Shown: positions 48,297 through 60,613, counted from the stretch's first letter. The stretch is 64,000 nucleotides of DNA from an uncultured Planctomycetales bacterium (GCA_964450385.1 CAYVEC010000001.1:97104-161103), one strand, 5' to 3'. A program made the numbers and translations. Notes: generated by a model from the letters alone, not told the origin.

Positions 48297-49328
48297 GTGC
48301 TTAAAAATGCACGTTCGATCGTTGCGAAATTCAAGGATAAATGCATCGTGGTTGTTGGGGATGTGATCCTGGACCGCTATATTCAGGGTTCGGTTTCGCG
48401 GATATCTCCTGAGGCGCCGGTGCCGGTTGTCTTAGAGGAAACATTTTCCTATAAACCTGGCGGGGCTGCGAATGTTGCCCACAATCTTTCTGTTTTAGGG
48501 GCTACTGTGGTACAGGTTGCCCGTGTCGGGATCGATTTTGAGGGGAATCTGCTCAGGCGCGACCTTAAAAGAAAAGGGATCAATATCAGCGGGATTTTTT
48601 CTGACAAAAATATTCACACGATCACCAAAACACGTGTTATTGCCCAGCATCAGCAGGTTGTTCGGATCGATCGGGAAAAACGGGATGCCCGGGTTAATAA
48701 GGCCGTTGATCAGCGGATCATGGATTTTTTGCCTGGAGCGATCAAAAAGAGCGACGGGGTCATTATCTCGGATTATGGAAAAGGCATGATCACTCCGCAG
48801 CTTGTTGATATGATCCGTGAGGTCGCGTTGTCGAACCGGATCCCGCTCACCGTGGACCCCAAGGTGGAACATTTTGGATCCTATCGTAATGTCACCTGTA
48901 TCACCCCCAATCTGAAAGAGGCGGAGAACGCGATCCGCAATATCAAGATCCGCGAGGCGACGGGGCAGAATTTGGATTTGCGGACTGATCGGCTTGAGAC
49001 TATGGCCGATGTCGATCTTGCCGGCAAGAAATTATTGGAGTATCTTGAACTGGAATCGCTCCTGATCACGCTCGGTGAACACGGGATGAGGCTCTTCGAA
49101 CGCGGAGCTAGGCCTTATGCGATCGAAACCCGGGCGCAGGAGGTGTTCGACGTGACCGGTGCGGGTGATGCCGTGGTTTCGGTCTTTACCTTGGCGCTCA
49201 CAGCGGGCGCGAGTAAGCGCCAGGCCGCGGAGCTCGCGAATTATGCCGCGGGTGTTGTCGTTGGGAAAATGGGTGCCGTGGCTGTGACACCTGAGGAGCT
49301 GTTGGGGGCGATAAGGAGCCGAGGATGA
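48297..49328 (+). CDS. hldA: D-glycero-beta-D-manno-heptose-7-phosphate kinase (HldE kinase domain / HldA, pfkB family)
   Basis: ...CIVVVGDVILDRYIQGSVSRISPEAPVPVV... and ...DVTGAGDAVVSVFTLAL... are ribokinase/pfkB-fold heptose kinase motifs. There is no fused adenylyltransferase domain. GTG start follows aaggag. Confidence 0.85.
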   Translation: MLKNARSIVAKFKDKCIVVVGDVILDRYIQGSVSRISPEAPVPVVLEETFSYKPGGAANVAHNLSVLGATVVQVARVGIDFEGNLLRRDLKRKGINISGIFSDKNIHTITKTRVIAQHQQVVRIDREKRDARVNKAVDQRIMDFLPGAIKKSDGVIISDYGKGMITPQLVDMIREVALSNRIPLTVDPKVEHFGSYRNVTCITPNLKEAENAIRNIKIREATGQNLDLRTDRLETMADVDLAGKKLLEYLELESLLITLGEHGMRLFERGARPYAIETRAQEVFDVTGAGDAVVSVFTLALTAGASKRQAAELANYAAGVVVGKMGAVAVTPEELLGAIRSRG

Positions 49329-50071
49329 AGGCGATCGGGGTGATTCCGGCGCGGTGGGGGTCGACTCGTTTTCCTGGCAAGGTCCTGGCCGTGATTCACG
49401 GACGGCCGATGATCCAGTATGTCTGGGAGCAGGCGCAGAAGGCCGCGCGTCTTGATGAGGTCATTGTGGCCTGTGATGATGCCCGGGTGTGTCGCGCGGT
49501 TGAGGGGTTTGGCGGCCGGGCGGTCATGACATCGCCGGGTCACGTCTCGGGTACGGATCGTATCGCTGAGGCGGTGGGCAATTCGGACGCGGATATCGTG
49601 ATCAATATTCAGGGAGATGAGCCGCTCATAGAACCCACGGTGATCGATCAGCTTGTTGGTGCCCTTGAAAGGGATACGGAGAGCGTTATGGCAACGGTGG
49701 TCCGCCGGATCACGGATGACGCCATGTTGGATAATCCGAATGTCGTGAAGGTTGTTGTTGATCGGCATCATCAGGCGTTGTATTTTTCTCGCGCACCGAT
49801 CCCCTATGACCGTGACGGGAATCATCCCGTGCGGGGCTATCAGCACCTCGGTCTTTATGGCTATCGCACGTCATTTCTGATGGGGTTCCGGGATCTTCCG
49901 GCCTCGGTTTTGGAGCAGACGGAACGTCTCGAACAGCTCCGGGTCTTAGAGGCCGGGTATCGGATCGTGGTCGTTGAGACAGCCTATGAAACGATTGGGG
50001 TTGATACGCCCGAAGACCTTGAGCGTGTCGCCCGTTATCTGTCGAGGGGGGAATATGGTCAAACCGGTTAA
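49325..50071 (+). CDS. kdsB: 3-deoxy-manno-octulosonate cytidylyltransferase (CMP-Kdo synthetase)
   Basis: MKAIGVIPARWGSTRFPGKVLAVIHGRPMIQYV... matches KdsB. Confidence 0.9.
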   Translation: MKAIGVIPARWGSTRFPGKVLAVIHGRPMIQYVWEQAQKAARLDEVIVACDDARVCRAVEGFGGRAVMTSPGHVSGTDRIAEAVGNSDADIVINIQGDEPLIEPTVIDQLVGALERDTESVMATVVRRITDDAMLDNPNVVKVVVDRHHQALYFSRAPIPYDRDGNHPVRGYQHLGLYGYRTSFLMGFRDLPASVLEQTERLEQLRVLEAGYRIVVVETAYETIGVDTPEDLERVARYLSRGEYGQTG

Positions 50072-50888
50072 AGCGGGGAAGATTGTTTTTGGGGGCGGGG
50101 CGCCGCTCGTCTTGATCGCGGGTCCCTGCGTGATCGAGGATGAAGGGACGGTCATGCGGATCGCGGAGCGGCTGTCTGAGATGACCGGCCGGCTGGGGAT
50201 CCCATTCGTATTTAAGGCGAGTTATGACAAGGCGAATCGGACATCGGTGACGGGGTTTCGAGGACCCGGCATTGATGACGGGCTCCGGATCCTCTCGGAT
50301 GTCAAAACGAGGTTCGGGGTGCCGATCTTGAGCGACGTGCATTCGCCTGAGGAGGTCGCAAAGGCGGCCCGTGTCCTTGATGTGCTTCAGATCCCGGCGT
50401 TTCTCTGCCGGCAGACGGATCTTCTTGCCGCCGCGGCGCGGTCAGGCCGGGTTGTGAATATCAAGAAGGGTCAGTTCCTTGCGCCTTGGGATATGCGTCA
50501 GGCCGCGGCCAAGGTGACAGAGAGCGGGAATGATCAGGTCCTTTTGACCGAGCGCGGGTCGAGTTTCGGGTATAACACCCTGGTCACGGATTTTCGGTCT
50601 CTGCCGATCATGCGCGAGATCGGGTTTCCCGTGATCCTCGACGCCTCGCATAGTGTTCAAAAACCAGGAGGGCTCGGATCGGCCTCCGGCGGTAACAGTG
50701 AATATATTCCGCTCATGGCCCGCTGCGGGGCCGCTGCGGGATGCGATGGGATCTTTATGGAGGTTCATGAGAATCCCGAAAAGGCGCTCTCCGACGGACC
50801 GAACATGCTGTCCCTCGATCGGCTTGAGGACGTCCTCCGGGATGTTCAGGTGATCGACGCGCTTGTGAAACAACGGATAAAGGAATAA
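50055..50888 (+). CDS. kdsA: 2-dehydro-3-deoxyphosphooctonate aldolase (Kdo-8-P synthase)
   Basis: ...LVLIAGPCVIEDEG... plus DAHP/KDO8P synthase collinearity. ATG at 50055; the listed ORF starts upstream at 49974. Confidence 0.9.
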   Translation: MVKPVKAGKIVFGGGAPLVLIAGPCVIEDEGTVMRIAERLSEMTGRLGIPFVFKASYDKANRTSVTGFRGPGIDDGLRILSDVKTRFGVPILSDVHSPEEVAKAARVLDVLQIPAFLCRQTDLLAAAARSGRVVNIKKGQFLAPWDMRQAAAKVTESGNDQVLLTERGSSFGYNTLVTDFRSLPIMREIGFPVILDASHSVQKPGGLGSASGGNSEYIPLMARCGAAAGCDGIFMEVHENPEKALSDGPNMLSLDRLEDVLRDVQVIDALVKQRIKE

Positions 50889-50892
50889 GACG

Positions 50893-51852
50893 ATGTCATT
50901 AGCGAAAGCACGGAAGGTGATCTTGACTGAGGCCGCTGGGCTTGAGGAGCTGGCGCGCAAACTTGATCGGTCGTTCTTAAAGGCGGTCGAGATGATTTTA
51001 GCGAGCAAGGGCCGGCTTATTGTCTCGGGGATGGGCAAGACCGGGATCGTGGGGCGCAAGATCGCCGCGACCCTCTCGTCGACCGGGACCCCGAGCCTTT
51101 GGATGCACAGCGCTGAGGCGGTCCATGGGGATCTCGGTCAGGTGACGGCCCAGGATGTGGTCATGGTCATTTCAACGAGCGGGGAGACCGAAGAGACAAC
51201 GCGACTGGTTCCTCTGCTCAAGAAGATGGGGGTTCCAACGATCGCGGTGACCGGGAATCCCAAGTCCCGTCTGGCCTGTCACGCCGATGTTGTCCTTGAT
51301 GTGGGTGTCGCTGAGGAAGGCTGCCCGTTGGGCCTTGCCCCGATGGCCTCGACGACCGCAACCCTCGCGATGGGGGATGCCCTGGCGGCCTGTCTTATTG
51401 TCCGTCGGGGTTTTCGAAAAGAGGATTTCGCCTTTTTTCATCCCGGGGGTGCCCTCGGCCGGCAGTTGTATTTATCCGTGGCGGATCTTATGCGCAAGGG
51501 TCGGCATTACCCGTGTGTCCGTGAGGACGTGATCGTCAAAGATGTGCTTAAAGAGGTCACGCGCGCCCGATGTGGTTCCGCCTGTGTGGTGACGCGGACC
51601 GGCAAGCTCATCGGGATCCTGACGGATGGCGATATCCGGAGGAACCTTGAGCACGGTGAGGCCTTTCTGAACCGAAAGGTGAGCGAGGTCATGACCCGGC
51701 ATCCGGTCTCGGTGGTTGCGGACCATCTTGCGGTGGAGGCCTTTCAGCTCCTGAAGGAACGTAAGATCGATGAGCTTCCTGTGGTGGATGCGAAGGGTCT
51801 GTCGGTTGGATTGCTCGATATTCAAGATTTATTACGCGCGGGGTTATTTTAA
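50893..51852 (+). CDS. kdsD: Arabinose-5-phosphate isomerase (SIS + tandem CBS domains)
   Basis: SIS motif ...LIVSGMGKTGIVGRKIAATLSSTGTP... and a C-terminal CBS pair; 319 aa. Confidence 0.9.
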   Translation: MSLAKARKVILTEAAGLEELARKLDRSFLKAVEMILASKGRLIVSGMGKTGIVGRKIAATLSSTGTPSLWMHSAEAVHGDLGQVTAQDVVMVISTSGETEETTRLVPLLKKMGVPTIAVTGNPKSRLACHADVVLDVGVAEEGCPLGLAPMASTTATLAMGDALAACLIVRRGFRKEDFAFFHPGGALGRQLYLSVADLMRKGRHYPCVREDVIVKDVLKEVTRARCGSACVVTRTGKLIGILTDGDIRRNLEHGEAFLNRKVSEVMTRHPVSVVADHLAVEAFQLLKERKIDELPVVDAKGLSVGLLDIQDLLRAGLF

Positions 51853-52367
51853 TGATGAGACGGATGGCGACACGATTGGCCCGGATCCGTGTGCTTGCCC
51901 TTGATGTCGATGGGGTGCTCACCGATGGCCGGATCATCATGGATGCCGATGGCCGAGAGATCAAGAATTTTGATGTGAAAGATGGCTTTGCCATTGCGAT
52001 GTGGCACCGGGCCGGAGGTCGGAGCGCGATCATCACGGCGCGGTCGTCGGTTCCGGTTGAGGCTCGGGCGCGGGACCTGAAGATCTCGTGCGTCTATCAG
52101 GACGCCTATCCCAAAAATGTCTATTATGAGCGGATGCTCTCGGAGCTGGGGGTCAGTGATGACGAGGTGTGCTATATCGGCGATGATCTGCCCGACCTGC
52201 CCCTGATCCTACGGGCGGGCTGGGGGGTCGCTCCTCGTGATGCGGCGCCTGAGGTTCGCCGGGCAGCTGCGTATGTCACGCGTCAGGCTGCCGGGCGCGG
52301 GGCGGTTCGCGAGACGGTTGAAATGATGTTGAAAGCGCAGGGGAAATGGCAGGACCTGATCGTGTGA
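51852..52367 (+). CDS. kdsC: 3-deoxy-D-manno-octulosonate 8-phosphate phosphatase (HAD family)
   Basis: ...IRVLALDVDGVLTDGRI... is the HAD motif I and KdsC pattern. The start overlaps the kdsD stop by 1 nt. Confidence 0.85.
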   Translation: MMRRMATRLARIRVLALDVDGVLTDGRIIMDADGREIKNFDVKDGFAIAMWHRAGGRSAIITARSSVPVEARARDLKISCVYQDAYPKNVYYERMLSELGVSDDEVCYIGDDLPDLPLILRAGWGVAPRDAAPEVRRAAAYVTRQAAGRGAVRETVEMMLKAQGKWQDLIV

Positions 52368-52386
52368 GCGGATAGGGGAGGCAGAG

Positions 52387-53226
52387 ATGAACTATTGTCT
52401 TCAGATGGGGCGGATCGTACTGGTGGCAGGGCTGATGGTAGTTGTGGTTTCTGGCACGGGGTGGCCCCAGGGTGTGCAGCAGACGGTGGATGGATTTAAC
52501 CTGGAGGGGTTCTCCGGTGAGGGGGAGCCGGCCTGGAATGTGCGCGGCAGCACTGCGGATGTTTTAGGCGATACGATTAAAATTCGTGATGTTGATGCTA
52601 ATGCGTATGGTGAGCAAGACGTGAATATCACGGCGGATCATGGCGAATATGACAAGACCAGCGGTAATGTTCGGCTCAATACCAATGTGGTCGTGACAAC
52701 GCAGGAGGGTGGGCAGCTCAAGACCGATGAGTTGAATTGGGATAAGACGAATAATGTCGTGACAAGCGATAAAGAGGCCGTGATCACGGATAAGGGGATG
52801 GTCGCGACGGGTAGCGGCCTCATCGCCCATCCGGACTTAAAGACCGCTCAGTTGAATAAAGATGTGACGGTTGAGATGGAGACGAATTCTCGGCCGCAGG
52901 ATCCGACCACGATGAAGATCACGTGCGTGGGGCCGATGGAATTCGATCAACTCAATAATATCGCGACCTTTCGTGATCAGGTGGTTGCGGTTCGGGCGGA
53001 CCAGACCCTGAGGGCGGATAAGGTCGAGGTGAATTTCGATCCGGGTACGAAAAAAGTCGCAACCATCATTTGTACCGACAACGTTTCGGTCACCCGGGGG
53101 CAGAACACGACCTATTCGGACAAGGCCATTTACAGCGCGGCTGATCAGAAGATCATTTTTGTGGGGCGCCCCCGACTCATCATGCAGGGAGATGTCCCGG
53201 AGGAAGTCTTGTCGCTCGGGCAGTGA
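52387..53226 (+). CDS. LPS export periplasmic protein, LptC/LptA (OstA-like beta-jellyroll) family, with N-terminal membrane anchor
   Basis: An N-terminal TM helix is followed by a repetitive beta-strand-rich sequence (...ITADHGEYDKTSGNVRLNTNVVVT...LRADKVEVNF...) typical of the LptC/LptA OstA-like fold. Its position between kdsC and lptB matches the E. coli kdsD-kdsC-lptC-lptA-lptB order. Only one ORF (279 aa) is present where E. coli has two. Confidence 0.6.
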   Translation: MNYCLQMGRIVLVAGLMVVVVSGTGWPQGVQQTVDGFNLEGFSGEGEPAWNVRGSTADVLGDTIKIRDVDANAYGEQDVNITADHGEYDKTSGNVRLNTNVVVTTQEGGQLKTDELNWDKTNNVVTSDKEAVITDKGMVATGSGLIAHPDLKTAQLNKDVTVEMETNSRPQDPTTMKITCVGPMEFDQLNNIATFRDQVVAVRADQTLRADKVEVNFDPGTKKVATIICTDNVSVTRGQNTTYSDKAIYSAADQKIIFVGRPRLIMQGDVPEEVLSLGQ

Positions 53227-53252
53227 GAGGGTGAATGACGGCGTTAAAATTT

Positions 53253-53280
53253 TTTACAATTCGTAAAAATGTATTATAAT
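53253..53280 (+). promoter_or_regulatory. Sigma70-like promoter candidate (TTTACA-16-TATAAT) upstream of lptB
   Basis: Hexamers at 53253-53258 and 53275-53280 with a 16-nt spacer, 39 nt before the lptB ATG. Confidence 0.4.
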
Positions 53281-53318
53281 AGCTTTTTTTCAACGGCAGA
53301 AGACGGGGGATCAGGCCG

Positions 53319-54047
53319 ATGTCGGTAAACCTTTTAGAGACCAAGGGACTTGTTAAAAAGTATGGCGGTCGAACGGTTGTCGATAATCTGAGCATCTCGG
53401 TCGGCCGCTCAGAGATCGTCGGGATCCTCGGGCCCAATGGGGCAGGGAAGACGACATCGTTCTATATGATCGTCGGCATCATTCCGAGTGACGGGGGCAA
53501 CATTTTTTTTGATCAGCAGGACGTGACCCGGATGCCGATCCATCTGCGCTGCCGGCTGGGCATGGGGTATCTGGCCCAGGAGGCCTCGATCTTTCGAAAG
53601 CTCACGGTTGAAGAGAACATCATGGCGATCCTCGAGACCCTTGACATTGGACCGGCGGAGCGGCGGCATCGTCTGACGGCCCTTTTGGAAGAATTGAATA
53701 TCGGGCACCTTGCCAAGAGTAAGGCCTATACCCTCTCGGGGGGGGAACGTCGACGGCTTGAGATCACCCGGGCCCTTGTCACGAATCCGTCATTTTTGCT
53801 CCTGGATGAGCCGTTCTCCGGGATCGATCCGATTGTGGTCGCGGAGGCCCAGGATATCATTAAATCGCTCAAGCATCGGGGGCTTGGGATCCTGCTCACG
53901 GATCATAATGTGCGCGAGACCCTGTCGATCACGGACCGCGCCTATCTGATCGCCGACGGGAATGTCCTGATCTCTGGGACCGCGGCGGATCTGATCAATG
54001 ATCCGAAGGCCAAGGAGATTTACCTCGGGGACAAATTTCAGATGTAG
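53319..54047 (+). CDS. lptB: LPS export ABC transporter ATP-binding protein
   Basis: Walker A GPNGAGKTTSF, signature LSGGERRRLEITRAL and Walker B LLLDEPFSGIDP are present. 242 aa. It lies downstream of the lptC/A-like gene. Confidence 0.9.
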   Translation: MSVNLLETKGLVKKYGGRTVVDNLSISVGRSEIVGILGPNGAGKTTSFYMIVGIIPSDGGNIFFDQQDVTRMPIHLRCRLGMGYLAQEASIFRKLTVEENIMAILETLDIGPAERRHRLTALLEELNIGHLAKSKAYTLSGGERRRLEITRALVTNPSFLLLDEPFSGIDPIVVAEAQDIIKSLKHRGLGILLTDHNVRETLSITDRAYLIADGNVLISGTAADLINDPKAKEIYLGDKFQM

Positions 54048-54117
54048 GGAAGGCGGGCGGAGGTCGCAGGCCTCTGGCCGGGATGTTTATCAATCATTAA
54101 CAAAGGAATGTTGTCAA

Positions 54118-55017
54118 ATGAAGGTTGTTGTCAAGAAAATCGATGCGATGAAGCGCGAGCTTCATTTTGAGATCGGGAAGGACCGGGTTCAGGCGAAGCA
54201 GGATGAGGTCTATCATGAGGTGGCCCGTGTGGCCAAGATCAAGGGGTTCCGTCCTGGGAAGGCCCCGCGGCCCATGGTCGAGGCTCAGTACGGGACCGTC
54301 ATTAAAGAGGAGACGATCAAGAAGATCATCCCCGAGGCTTATCAGGAGGGGATCGAGCAGGAAAAATTGTCACCCTTGGATTATCCGGAGATCCGAGATG
54401 TAGAATTCAAGAACGGCGGGGTTGTTTTTAAGGCAGACATCGAGATCAAGCCTGAGATCAAGCTTGCGAATTATAAGGGCATTCCGGTGACACGCAAGAG
54501 CGCTAAAGTCACGGATGAGGAGATCAATCAGACGCTGGAATATTTCAAAAAAGGCAAGGGCGCTGGGTCTGAGATCGAGATCAACGATGACTTTGTGAAA
54601 GGCCTGGGGTATCCGACGGTCGCGGCCTTCAAAGAGTCTCTGGCCCGCCAGATGGAGATCGATAAGGACCGACATAATCGCGCTGATGTCGAACGACAGA
54701 TCACGGACCATCTCATCAAGTCGATTAAGGTCACGGTGCCGCCGTCGTTTCTCGAAAAACAGCTTGCTCATCGGATCGCTGATCTGAAAAAGCGTTTGAA
54801 GAATCAGGGCCTTTCTGATGAGGATGCCGAAAAGCGCCAGGAACAGATGCGCAAGGATCTGAAGGAGTCGGTCGAACGGGATGTGAAGTTGTTTTTGATC
54901 TTTGACCGGATCGCGCAGGAGGAGAACGTGACCGTGGCGGAGAATGAGAATCTCGCGGTCAAGGTCTTGGAGCTCTTGATGAAAGAGGCCGCGTGGACGG
55001 ATGAGGCGAAATCATAG
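54118..55017 (+). CDS. tig: Trigger factor, short form lacking the PPIase (FKBP) domain
   Basis: N-terminal ribosome-binding domain with the TF signature ...GFRPGKAP... and a C-domain segment (...[27 protein letters not shown]...). Only 299 aa. ATG at 54118 follows aaaggaa. clpP follows. Confidence 0.75.
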   Translation: MKVVVKKIDAMKRELHFEIGKDRVQAKQDEVYHEVARVAKIKGFRPGKAPRPMVEAQYGTVIKEETIKKIIPEAYQEGIEQEKLSPLDYPEIRDVEFKNGGVVFKADIEIKPEIKLANYKGIPVTRKSAKVTDEEINQTLEYFKKGKGAGSEIEINDDFVKGLGYPTVAAFKESLARQMEIDKDRHNRADVERQITDHLIKSIKVTVPPSFLEKQLAHRIADLKKRLKNQGLSDEDAEKRQEQMRKDLKESVERDVKLFLIFDRIAQEENVTVAENENLAVKVLELLMKEAAWTDEAKS

Positions 55018-55046
55018 AGTATGCCGTTAGCATAAAGGAGGAGGAC

Positions 55047-55646
55047 ATGGCTGTTTATAATCAAACATTGGTTCCCATGGTGGTTGAACAGTCGGGGCAC
55101 GCGGAGCGCGCGTATGATATTTTTTCGCGGCTGCTCAAGGACCGGATCGTTTTTATCGGAACAGCGATCGATGACTCGGTGGCGAACCTGATCATTGCCC
55201 AGCTCCTTTTTTTGCAGAGTGAGGATGCGGCGAAGGATATCCATGTGTACATCAATTCTCCAGGCGGTTCGGTGACCGCGGGGCTTGCCATCTATGACAC
55301 GATGCAGTTTATTAAGCCGAGCGTTTGCACCTATTGTATAGGGCAGGCGGCGAGCATGGGCGCGGTCTTGCTGGCCGCAGGTGCGCCAGGGAAACGATTC
55401 TCGCTTCCGTTCTCCCGGATCATGATCCATCAGCCGTGGGGCGGGGCCGAGGGGACAGCAAGCGATATCTCGATTCAGGCGAAGGAGATCCTCAGGATGA
55501 AGGACGCCCTGACCGAGATCCTCGCGAAGCACACGGGTCAGTCCTTGGACAAGATCCGGACAGACTCGGACCGCGATTTTTTTATGTCCGCGGCTGAGGC
55601 TAAGGCCTATGGGTTGGTTGATGAGGTGATCGTTTCCTCCCGATAG
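55047..55646 (+). CDS. clpP: ATP-dependent Clp protease proteolytic subunit
   Basis: ...[19 protein letters not shown]..., ...[23 protein letters not shown]... and the catalytic Ser in ...GQAASMGA... match ClpP. Confidence 0.95.
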   Translation: MAVYNQTLVPMVVEQSGHAERAYDIFSRLLKDRIVFIGTAIDDSVANLIIAQLLFLQSEDAAKDIHVYINSPGGSVTAGLAIYDTMQFIKPSVCTYCIGQAASMGAVLLAAGAPGKRFSLPFSRIMIHQPWGGAEGTASDISIQAKEILRMKDALTEILAKHTGQSLDKIRTDSDRDFFMSAAEAKAYGLVDEVIVSSR

Positions 55647-55708
55647 GATCCGGGGTGAGCGGGGCCAGGAACACATTTTAAAAAGTGATTGAGCCAAGGA
55701 GTGATCAG

Positions 55709-56851
55709 ATGAAACGCAATGTCTTATTGACCCCAGGACCGACTCAGGTACCTCCGGAATTGTGCGCCGCGTTGGGACGGCCGATTATTCATCATCGGAC
55801 GCCGCAGTTCCAGGAATATCTGAAGGAGGCCATGGACGGCCTGAAATATGTCCTTCAGACCACGAATGATGTTTATATCATGGCCTCATCGGGGACGGGC
55901 GCCATGGAGGCGAGTGTCTGCAGCCTGGTCTCAGAAGGAGACAAGGTCCTCACAGTCGAATCGGGAAAATTCGGAGAACGCTGGACAGGTCTCTGTCGCG
56001 CCTTTCGAACCGTTCCAACGGTGGTCCAGGTGCCGTGGGGACGCGCGGTCACAGCGAAGGAGATTGAGGCGCATTTAAAAGCCGAGCCGGAGACCAAGGC
56101 CGTTTTTATTACGCTCTGCGAGACCTCAACCGGGGTGGGTCCGGATATTCAGGCGATCGGTGAGGTCGTTAGAAAGACCAAGGCGGTTCTCGTGGTTGAT
56201 GCCGTGAGCGGTCTCGGTGTCGTGGATCTTAAGATGGATGCCTGGTCAGTGGACGTCGTGGCGTCAGCGTCGCATAAAGGGTTTATGCTTCCGCCGGGGG
56301 TCGCGTTTGTGGCCATGAGCCCTAAGGCCAAGGCCGTGATGGAGACCTCGACCGCGCCGAAGTTTTATTTTGACCTGCGTAAATACGCGAAGGTGGCGGC
56401 GAAGCCGGATACTCCCTTTACACCGGCGATCGGGGTCGTTATTGCCCTGACCGAAAGCCTGCGGATGATCCGCGCGCAGGGATTGGATAAGCTTTTTGCC
56501 CATTACGCCCGTCTTGCTCAGGGTGTCCGTGCCGGGGCCAAGGCCCTGGGGCTTACGGTTTATGCCGAGGAGGATGCTCGGTCCAATGTACTCACGGCGG
56601 TCGTTATGCCTGAGGGGATCGATAGCGGCAAGGTCGTTAAGATGATGAGGGATGTCCACGGGGTTTCGATCGCCGGGGGCCAGGGAGACCTGAAAGGGAA
56701 GATCATCCGGATCGCCCATATGGGCTGTCTCGACGAGTATGATCTGCTGACGGGTCTGGCCTGCCTTGAGAAGGTGCTCAAGGAATTAGGGTATAAGTTT
56801 ACGATGGGTGCCGGGGTCGCGGCGGCCCAGAAGTATTTTAATCAGGCATAG
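55709..56851 (+). CDS. Class V aminotransferase (serine-pyruvate / phosphoserine aminotransferase family), likely SerC function given serA linkage
   Basis: ...LLTPGPTQVPPEL... N-terminus and the PLP-lysine region ...ASASHKGFMLPPG... match the AGXT family. It lies directly upstream of serA. ATG at 55709 follows aaggag. Confidence 0.8.
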   Translation: MKRNVLLTPGPTQVPPELCAALGRPIIHHRTPQFQEYLKEAMDGLKYVLQTTNDVYIMASSGTGAMEASVCSLVSEGDKVLTVESGKFGERWTGLCRAFRTVPTVVQVPWGRAVTAKEIEAHLKAEPETKAVFITLCETSTGVGPDIQAIGEVVRKTKAVLVVDAVSGLGVVDLKMDAWSVDVVASASHKGFMLPPGVAFVAMSPKAKAVMETSTAPKFYFDLRKYAKVAAKPDTPFTPAIGVVIALTESLRMIRAQGLDKLFAHYARLAQGVRAGAKALGLTVYAEEDARSNVLTAVVMPEGIDSGKVVKMMRDVHGVSIAGGQGDLKGKIIRIAHMGCLDEYDLLTGLACLEKVLKELGYKFTMGAGVAAAQKYFNQA

Positions 56852-56868
56852 GAACAACAGGAGCAACG

Positions 56869-58452
56869 ATGAGGATCCTGATCACAGACAAGCTTGCGCA
56901 AGAGGGGGTTGATATTCTAAAGGCCGTCAAGAGTTTTGACGTTGACTGCCAATTCGGGATCGCCCCGGACAAACTGAAAAGCATCATCCACGATTATCAC
57001 GCGCTCATTATCCGCAGCGATACAAAGGTCACGGCGGAGATTATTGAGGCCGCGGACAAGTTGAAGTTCATTGGCCGCGCGGGCGTCGGGCTTGATAATG
57101 TTGATCTCAAGGCCGCTACGAAAAAGGGGATTGTCGCCATGAATACCCCGGCGGGCAACACGACCTCGACCGCTGAACAGACGATGAGCCTTATTCTGTC
57201 GCTCGCCCGGAATATCCCCCAGGCCTGCGCCTCGCTCAAGAGCGGGAAGTGGGACCGCTCGAAATTCAAGGGGATCGAGCTTTATGGTAAAACACTCGGC
57301 GTCATTGGGCTCGGTCGGATCGGATCGACCGTCGCCTCGATGGCCAAGGGATTTGGGATGAAGGTGATCGGATTTGATCCGTATCTTGCGATCGAGATCG
57401 CGAGCCAGCGGGGTGTCGAGATGGTCCCGTTTGAGGAATTGTTAAAGGCGGCTGATTTCATTACACTCCATATCCCGAAAACCCCGGAGACAAAGGGGAT
57501 GATCGGCGAGAAAGAGATCGCTCTGATGAAGCCGACCACGCGGTTGATCAATTGCGCGCGCGGAGGGATCATCGATGAGGCGGCTCTCGTCAAGGCCCTA
57601 ACGGAAAAACGGATCGCCGGATGCGCGCTCGATGTCTTTGAGCAGGAGCCGCCGGATCCGAAGCACCCGTTGCTTGCCTTTGATCATTGTGTCGCGACCC
57701 CGCATCTTGGGGCATCCACGTCCGAGGCGCAGATCAATGTCGCGATCGAGATCGCCGAGACCGTGCGGAACGCCCTTCTCGGGAAGGGGATCGTCAATGC
57801 CGCGAATTTTCCCTCGGTATCTGCTGAGGCCTATGCCGTCCTGGCCCCCTATATCCAGCTTGCCGAAAAGATGGGGTTATTTGCGGGTCAGCTCATCGCC
57901 GGACGTGTGGCGGCGATCAAGATCGTCTACAGCGGTGAGATGGCCAAACACAATACAGAATCTGTGACTATGTCGCTCGTTTACGGGTTGCTGGCGCCAA
58001 TCCTCGGTGAGAGCATCAATGCGATCAATGCTTTGACGATCGCCAAGGAACGCGGGATCGCGGTTGAGGCTGTTCAGTCGCAGAATGAAGAGGAGTATGT
58101 CAATCTCATCAGCGTCCAGATCGTCACGGATCAGGAACCGCTGACCGTCTGGGGGACGCTGGCCAGCAATAAGAAGCCGCGTATCGTGAAGATCAATAAG
58201 GTGTATGTGGAGGCGACCCCAGAGGGACATCTTCTGTTTATCAAGAATAACGATCAGCCGGGTGTCGTCGGGGCGGTGGGAACGATCTTAGCGGCGGATC
58301 ATGTCAATATCGCGGGAATCACCTTCGGCCGTGAGGCCCCGGGCGGGTTGGCGGTTTCTGTTGTCAACATCGACAGCGATATCTCTGACGCTACGATCAG
58401 TAAGATTCAGAAGGCCCGGGATGTCTTGTTCGTGAAACTTTTGAATGTCTAG
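56869..58452 (+). CDS. serA: D-3-phosphoglycerate dehydrogenase (with C-terminal ASB/ACT regulatory domains)
   Basis: 2-hydroxyacid dehydrogenase core (...GKTLGVIGLGRIGSTVA..., ...CARGGIIDE...) plus an extended ACT C-terminus. 527 aa. Confidence 0.9.
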   Translation: MRILITDKLAQEGVDILKAVKSFDVDCQFGIAPDKLKSIIHDYHALIIRSDTKVTAEIIEAADKLKFIGRAGVGLDNVDLKAATKKGIVAMNTPAGNTTSTAEQTMSLILSLARNIPQACASLKSGKWDRSKFKGIELYGKTLGVIGLGRIGSTVASMAKGFGMKVIGFDPYLAIEIASQRGVEMVPFEELLKAADFITLHIPKTPETKGMIGEKEIALMKPTTRLINCARGGIIDEAALVKALTEKRIAGCALDVFEQEPPDPKHPLLAFDHCVATPHLGASTSEAQINVAIEIAETVRNALLGKGIVNAANFPSVSAEAYAVLAPYIQLAEKMGLFAGQLIAGRVAAIKIVYSGEMAKHNTESVTMSLVYGLLAPILGESINAINALTIAKERGIAVEAVQSQNEEEYVNLISVQIVTDQEPLTVWGTLASNKKPRIVKINKVYVEATPEGHLLFIKNNDQPGVVGAVGTILAADHVNIAGITFGREAPGGLAVSVVNIDSDISDATISKIQKARDVLFVKLLNV

Positions 58453-58494
58453 ACCGGATCGGGTTCGCCGGTTCATCGCGCATAGGGCAGGGCC

Positions 58495-60541
<2,047 letters not shown>

Positions 60542-60584
60542 GCTGGGTATGTAAGCTATTTATTTCATTATATTTAGATTAAAC

Positions 60585-60613
60585 TTGACTTTAAAAGGGC
60601 GCTTTGTTAATAT
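60585..60613 (+). promoter_or_regulatory. Sigma70-like promoter candidate (TTGACT-17-TAATAT) upstream of OmpA-family lipoprotein gene
   Basis: Hexamers at 60585-60590 and 60608-60613 in an AT-rich spacer after purA. Confidence 0.35.
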
